Assembly: GCA_039190745.1 (NCBI GenBank)
Contig: JBCCXZ010000094.1
Coordinates: 1-11,096, forward strand
Length of the DNA stretch: 11,096 bases
Direction of reading: 5' to 3'
From: Planctomycetota bacterium
GTDB taxonomy: Bacteria > Planctomycetota > Planctomycetia > Pirellulales > Lacipirellulaceae
Shown: positions 6,536-11,096 of the stretch, in pieces
Layout: each line of letters starts with the position of its first letter
Numbering within the stretch: the stretch's first letter is position 1
Position numbers and translations under genes: made by a program
Notes under the pieces: model-generated
Told to the model about the DNA's origin: nothing
Databases searched by the model: none
Seen by the model: only the letters and a program-made list of their open reading frames with translations

Positions 6536-9456
6536 CCGGCCTCGTTCCGGCGGTTGTTGGCTCCACTGTCGCCTGGCTTCTCACCCTCGGTCTTGCCGCC
6601 CTTCTTCGTGTCCGCCGCGCCCGGCGGCTTGCCGCCTGGCCACGGTTGGGCCAGGGCCTCCGCGACCGCGGTCTTCAACTCAGACGCGGTTACACCGCCG
6701 CGGACCTTGTGCAGCCGAACAACCGTGTTCGGTTTGGCAGCCTCGTCCAGCCGGGTGATGATCTCCCGCACACTGTCCCAGATCTCTTCTTGGGCCGAGA
6801 CGATCAGCGTGTTCGAGATCGTGTCTACGCCAACAGACAACGCCCCCTCGAAAGTAACCTTGACAGCCTTGGGTTTCTTCTGTGTGTCGTCATCGGGACC
6901 CGACCTACGGAAGTAATAGGTAGTCTCCCTGCCTGACTTCTTACTGTCCTTGCCCTGGAATTCCTTATCCTTCGAGCTCAGCAAGTCTCGGTAGACTTCC
7001 TTCAGCGCGTTCGCCACGTCCGTTGCGCTGGAGTACTTCAGCTTGATCGCCTCGGTGCGACGGGTGGCGATGTCTTCCTCACCCGGCGCCCGATCGTAGA
7101 TCTCGATCAATTGCGAAACCACCCGGAGTTGCGACTCGCTAGCGTTCTGCACCACGATCGTGTTGGTGTCGTAATCGTAGATAAACCGCAGTCTCGGCGG
7201 CGCCGAGAGCGTAGCCGGCCCTTGCTTGGCCCGCTTGTTGCCCTCGTACTCGCCCCAGAGGTTGTAGACCGATTCCTTCTGGCCCTTGAGTTCTTCTTCG
7301 AAGTACTCCTCTAGGTTCAGCACAACAAACGCAGCGCTCGAATAACGGAGGTGGAAGACTTCGAACTCTGGTTGCGGTGCCGCGATCTCCTCGAGCAGCA
7401 TCTCCAGTTCGTCTAGCGCCGCGGTATCCTCGCTCCGCAGCACCATCCGGCCGTCGGGAGTGAGGATGACGTCAATCGGCGGTGACTCTTCCGCAGGATC
7501 GGAGTCGGTCGCGTGTTCGTCTGCGACCGCGGCGAACCGGAAAGGGCCGCCCGCACGCTTCCCCATTGTGACCGTGTCTTCGGCGGGCGAATCTCGTTCT
7601 TCACGCACTGGTTCGTTCGATTTCTCCTGAGCAGGCTTCTCGGACTCGCCCGGCATCACCCGCACACGGAGTCGGTTCTTCCCGCCCCACGCAGATTCAA
7701 GCTGCCTGAGCAGACGCTCGTTGTCCGCGGCGGACCGTGCCCCCAGCACCCGCATCTTGCTCGGGTTCGCCGAGCCGCCGCCCGGAGTTTCGCCCAGCTG
7801 GGTCAGCAGATCTCGCACCTGCTCGATCTCGGTGTCGTTCGCCCACACCAGCAGGCGGTTCCGTTCGAGGTCGGCAAGGGCCTTGAAGCCAGTCTGCTCT
7901 TTCTTCTCATCCTGCCTAGGACGACCGAAGTAGAAGAAACTCCTCCGAGAGGGCTGCTCTTCCTTCTTCTCTTCCCCCACAAGCAAGGCGTTGACCGTGC
8001 CCGCCACTTGGTCGGCTGCGAGCCGACGCAACCAAAAGACGGTGATCCGCCTACCCGGGCTGTCGAGTTGCACGATCATCTGGTCAATCTTGCGGTGGTC
8101 TTCCTGGGTGGCGTAGGCGTAGATCGTGTTGTTGTTAGCGTCGCTCTGAAGCTGTGTCCGCGGATCGAGCCGGGCGATTTCCTTGAGCGCCGTCACCACG
8201 GCCTCGACGCTCGCTGTGATGGTCTTGTGCGGTTGCATCGATAAGGAACCCGAAGCAAGGCCGCCGCCCGGAGCGGCCGACACCTCGGAGTCGTCGTCCG
8301 GCCGGTCGAACAGCCGGATCGTCCGCTCGATCGTCGGCATAAGATCTCGTGGCGCGTTAACCAGGATGTTGTTCCGACGCCGGTTGACTGCGATGTGCAC
8401 CGCGGGGCCGTCTTTCTTCAGCAGGTTCGAGACGTCTTTCCCCTTCTGCTGCATCTGGGAGTAGAGCTTCAGCCGCGCCTGCTCCAGTTGCAGCTCCATC
8501 GGGTTCTTCCGCGAAGCGGGGTCGAGGCCCAGCACGATCATCACCTGGTCGGCGATGTACTCCGCGCCTCGGTGGTACAACTCGAACTCGCGGGGTTTGG
8601 GGTAAGCCGCCGCAGCGGACTGCTCGGAGTAGAAGAGGTCCCGCACGTCCCGTAGGTTGGCGACCGCGTCGATCACCAGGAGCCGGTTGGTCGCCAGGAG
8701 CGGGACCACCTTTGCGTGCGGGCTGAGCAGCACCTTAACGTCTTCCTTCGCCTTTTCGATGTCGAGGCCGGGCGGCAGCTGGAAGCGCACCCGCACAAAG
8801 TCGTGCGGCGGGTAGTCCTCCAAGTCGTCGGCTTCGACCCGGGCGACCAGGCTTGGGTCGAGCTTGCTGATCTGCACGACAGAGAGCACTTCGCCCCGGC
8901 TGACCATCGTGAACCCTCGCGCGAGCAGGTGACGGTTCAGCAGGTCTCGTGTCTCCGGGATGGTGTACTTGCGCTGCGTCGTGAGGTTCAAGTAGTCCGG
9001 CGGCAACTCTTGCCAATCAAAGCTGTAGCCCGCCACGTCTGCGAACCACTGCAACACGTCGGCCCAAGGCTGGCCTCGGAAGCTGAACTGCACCAGCCCG
9101 CGTTCGTCTGGAGCCGCCTTGAGTTCATCAGGGTTGGGAGGGGTTGGCGGTTTCTCGGGACGTTTGGTGACGGGAGCCTCTTCCTCTTTGTCCTCTTCCT
9201 CCTTCTCTTCTTTTGGTTTCTCCTCGTTCGCGGGCTGCTCCGTGGCCGGAGGAGGTTGGGGAGGCTCTCCCCTGCCGCGGCTACCCCGGCGACGCATCAT
9301 CTCCCTAACACGAGCCTGCTGCTCCGGCGGCAGCTGCTGGATCTGCTCCTCGGTCGGCTGTGCCGAGCACTCCACGCCGGTCGAGACAACGACTGTGACG
9401 AGAACCATCAAGGCGAGCAGCAATCGAATGATGCGAGAGACGTGGAGAACGATCAT
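6532..9456 (-). CDS. Exported secretin N-terminal (N0 plus NolW-like repeat) protein, GspD-related but lacking the secretin beta-barrel (974 aa)
   Basis: Signal peptide-like N-terminus (RIIRLLLALMVLVTVVVSTGVECSA|Q). N0-like segment VQFSFRGQPWADVLQWFA...LNL. Repeated L-x-[YH]-x-x-A...D-x-x-x-N-x-[LI]-[LIV]-V...[IL]-x-x-[LY]-D units, e.g. IKLKYSSATDVANALKEVY...VDTISNTLIVSAQEEIWDSVREIITRLD. Ends in a low-complexity tail. Confidence 0.85.
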   Translation of the reverse strand: MIVLHVSRIIRLLLALMVLVTVVVSTGVECSAQPTEEQIQQLPPEQQARVREMMRRRGSRGRGEPPQPPPATEQPANEEKPKEEKEEEDKEEEAPVTKRPEKPPTPPNPDELKAAPDERGLVQFSFRGQPWADVLQWFADVAGYSFDWQELPPDYLNLTTQRKYTIPETRDLLNRHLLARGFTMVSRGEVLSVVQISKLDPSLVARVEADDLEDYPPHDFVRVRFQLPPGLDIEKAKEDVKVLLSPHAKVVPLLATNRLLVIDAVANLRDVRDLFYSEQSAAAAYPKPREFELYHRGAEYIADQVMIVLGLDPASRKNPMELQLEQARLKLYSQMQQKGKDVSNLLKKDGPAVHIAVNRRRNNILVNAPRDLMPTIERTIRLFDRPDDDSEVSAAPGGGLASGSLSMQPHKTITASVEAVVTALKEIARLDPRTQLQSDANNNTIYAYATQEDHRKIDQMIVQLDSPGRRITVFWLRRLAADQVAGTVNALLVGEEKKEEQPSRRSFFYFGRPRQDEKKEQTGFKALADLERNRLLVWANDTEIEQVRDLLTQLGETPGGGSANPSKMRVLGARSAADNERLLRQLESAWGGKNRLRVRVMPGESEKPAQEKSNEPVREERDSPAEDTVTMGKRAGGPFRFAAVADEHATDSDPAEESPPIDVILTPDGRMVLRSEDTAALDELEMLLEEIAAPQPEFEVFHLRYSSAAFVVLNLEEYFEEELKGQKESVYNLWGEYEGNKRAKQGPATLSAPPRLRFIYDYDTNTIVVQNASESQLRVVSQLIEIYDRAPGEEDIATRRTEAIKLKYSSATDVANALKEVYRDLLSSKDKEFQGKDSKKSGRETTYYFRRSGPDDDTQKKPKAVKVTFEGALSVGVDTISNTLIVSAQEEIWDSVREIITRLDEAAKPNTVVRLHKVRGGVTASELKTAVAEALAQPWPGGKPPGAADTKKGGKTEGEKPGDSGANNRRNEAG

Positions 9457-9502
9457 CGCTTCCGTTCCGGGGGACGCGAGGGGGGCGGGAGGTTAATCCT
9501 CC

Positions 9503-9531
9503 ATTATACGCACGGCGGCCTCAGCGCAAAA
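9503..9531 (-). promoter_or_regulatory. Putative sigma70 promoter of the secretin-like gene
   Basis: Perfect TATAAT at 9508-9503 on the minus strand in GC-rich DNA. The -35 is imperfect: TTGCGC at 15 nt or TTTTGC at 17 nt spacing. It lies 46 nt upstream of the ATG. Confidence 0.55.
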
Positions 9532-9576
9532 ACAGATCGTCGTAAGCTCCGATCGATCACTCCCGAACGTGCGGCA

Positions 9577-10575
9577 TCAACCGACTTCCGCGAGCACGCA
9601 GTCGGTAAATTGCGTGGTAGTCGCCGAGCCGCCGAGATCCCCGGTCTTGGCCGAGCCGATTGCAACGACTTGCTTGATGGCTCGGTCGAGTCGGGCAGCG
9701 GCGTCCTGCTCGCCGAGAAACTGCAGCATCAGGACCGCGCTGAGCATCAGCGCCATCGGGTTGGCAAGCCCCCTGCCTGCGATGTCCGGCGCCGAGCCGT
9801 GCACTGCCTCAAATACCGCGATGCCCTCACCCACATTAGCACTCGGCGTGACCCCAAGACCGCCCACCAGGCCGCTGGCCAAGTCGGAGAGGATGTCGCC
9901 GAAGAGGTTTTCCATCACCAACACGTCGAACGCGTGCGGGTCGCTCACCATCCGCATCGCCGCGGCGTCGACGATGCAGTCGTCGAATTCAATGTCCGGG
10001 AACTCCTCAGCCACTTTCTGGCACGAACTCAGGAACAGCCCGTCGCTTAGCTTGAGGATGTTCGCCTTGTGGATGCACGTCACCCGCTTCCGGCTCTGCC
10101 GGCGTGCGGTCTCGAACGCGAACCGGGCGATTCTTTCTGAGGCTTTGGCCGTGATAATCCGGAGGCTCTCGACGACTCCCGGCACCACTTCGTGCTCTAG
10201 GCCGCTGTATAGTCCTTCTGTGTTCTCCCGGATGACGATCAGGTCGACGTCGCTGTAGCGAGACTCGATGCCCGCCATGGAGACCGCCGGGCGAAAATTC
10301 GCGAAGAGGCACAGCTTCTGCCGCAGGGCGACATTGACGCTCCGGAAGCCGGTTCCCTTGGGCGTTGCGGTCGGGCCCTTGAGCGTGGCGTCCGCCTGCT
10401 GGACGGCTTCTAGCGTTGCATCGGGCAGCGGGTTCCCCTGGTCTTCTAACGCGACCTGCCCCGCCGGCGCTTCGATCCATTCGACCGATACGCCGGTCTG
10501 CTCAACCGCTCTTTGAGCCGCGCCAGTGACCTCGGGGCCGATGCCGTCTCCAGGGATCAAGCAGATTCGGTGCAT
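9577..10575 (-). CDS. icd: Isocitrate dehydrogenase, short NAD+-type (isocitrate/isopropylmalate dehydrogenase family, 332 aa)
   Basis: LIPGDGIGPEV, KGPTATP, RSVNVALR (S-x-N isocitrate-type motif), IRENTEGLYSG, HKANILK, NLFGDILSDLASGLVGGLG, FEAVHGSAPDIAG (Asp-Ile indicates NAD preference). Confidence 0.85.
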   Translation of the reverse strand: MHRICLIPGDGIGPEVTGAAQRAVEQTGVSVEWIEAPAGQVALEDQGNPLPDATLEAVQQADATLKGPTATPKGTGFRSVNVALRQKLCLFANFRPAVSMAGIESRYSDVDLIVIRENTEGLYSGLEHEVVPGVVESLRIITAKASERIARFAFETARRQSRKRVTCIHKANILKLSDGLFLSSCQKVAEEFPDIEFDDCIVDAAAMRMVSDPHAFDVLVMENLFGDILSDLASGLVGGLGVTPSANVGEGIAVFEAVHGSAPDIAGRGLANPMALMLSAVLMLQFLGEQDAAARLDRAIKQVVAIGSAKTGDLGGSATTTQFTDCVLAEVG

Positions 10576-10611
10576 CGAGGGCCTCGTTTTCTGTAGCGGT
10601 CGGGGAACCGG

Positions 10612-11016
10612 CTAGGGTCGAGCGGAAGCGGGGACAGTAAATGCCGCAGCGCCCCCGGCCGCGACGACCACGGCGAGGAACCCTTCGGCAGGCGGCGGTT
10701 CCTCGAAAACGGGAGCCAGGTAGGGAAAGACCCGTGGGACTTCCTCGGCGCAGCGGGCCATGGGAAAACCGTAAGCAAACAGCGCGGTCTCGTTAGCGGA
10801 CTGCTGGGCGATCGCGTCTTCGACCGCCTCAGCGCCTAGCCAGCCCCGAGCAATCTCGCCGCCGATGTCGTCCTCGCAGTCGAGCAGCAGCACCACGGTC
10901 GGCTCACCGTCGAGCGCCTCATCGTAGGCGGCGAACACTAAATCAAGGCTTTCCTCTAGGAACCGCTCCTGAGTTTCTTCCGGCGTCTCGGCGGGGCCCG
11001 GCGGCGGGGTGGTCAT
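10612..11016 (-). CDS. Acidic hypothetical protein (134 aa)
   Basis: ATG at 11016-11014 has GGAG upstream, so I prefer it to the track's 11073 start. Composition is protein-like. The stop lies 36 nt before the icd start on the same strand. Confidence 0.75.
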   Translation of the reverse strand: MTTPPPGPAETPEETQERFLEESLDLVFAAYDEALDGEPTVVLLLDCEDDIGGEIARGWLGAEAVEDAIAQQSANETALFAYGFPMARCAEEVPRVFPYLAPVFEEPPPAEGFLAVVVAAGGAAAFTVPASARP

Positions 11017-11096
11017 GCGGGGGCAACTCCAGGGGGGAGGTGCGAGCGTACCGGCGCGGTCTGGGCGGTACAAGCGGGTCCTGAAGCCGGGAGGTC

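Noticed and set aside
9175..9230. Pyrimidine-rich repeat-like tract
   Set aside because: It simply encodes the Glu/Lys-rich linker EEKPKEEKEEEDKEEE and is not a DNA repeat element.
8716..10050. 444-aa plus-strand ORF and other long antisense ORFs (921-1676, 1651-2619, 1764-2594, 4820-5674, 5762-6403, 7513-8244, 9569-10258)
   Set aside because: They are shadow frames opposite well-supported genes, expected from GC-rich codon bias, and show no recognisable motifs.

Overview
GC-rich bacterial chromosomal window. It is probably from a planctomycete, an inference from the barrel-less secretin-like gene, the GluRS insertion and the style of the hypothetical proteins. In order it carries: a Mn-type superoxide dismutase (sodA, minus strand, runs off the left edge, absent from the ORF track) with a long structured leader; a small coiled-coil ORF; a degenerate HD-GYP/PAS/GGDEF diguanylate cyclase behind a sigma28-like promoter; a polytopic membrane protein; glutamate-tRNA ligase (gltX); a 974-aa exported protein made only of secretin N-domains; an NAD-type isocitrate dehydrogenase; and an acidic hypothetical protein. 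The clearest anomaly is an in-frame TAG at 6329-6331 inside gltX. The frame continues cleanly through the anticodon-binding domain to a TAG at 6533-6535, which interlocks with the stop of the convergent gene. The best candidate for an undescribed system is the secretin-like protein with no pore domain. I saw no mobile elements, CRISPR arrays, tRNAs or rRNAs.
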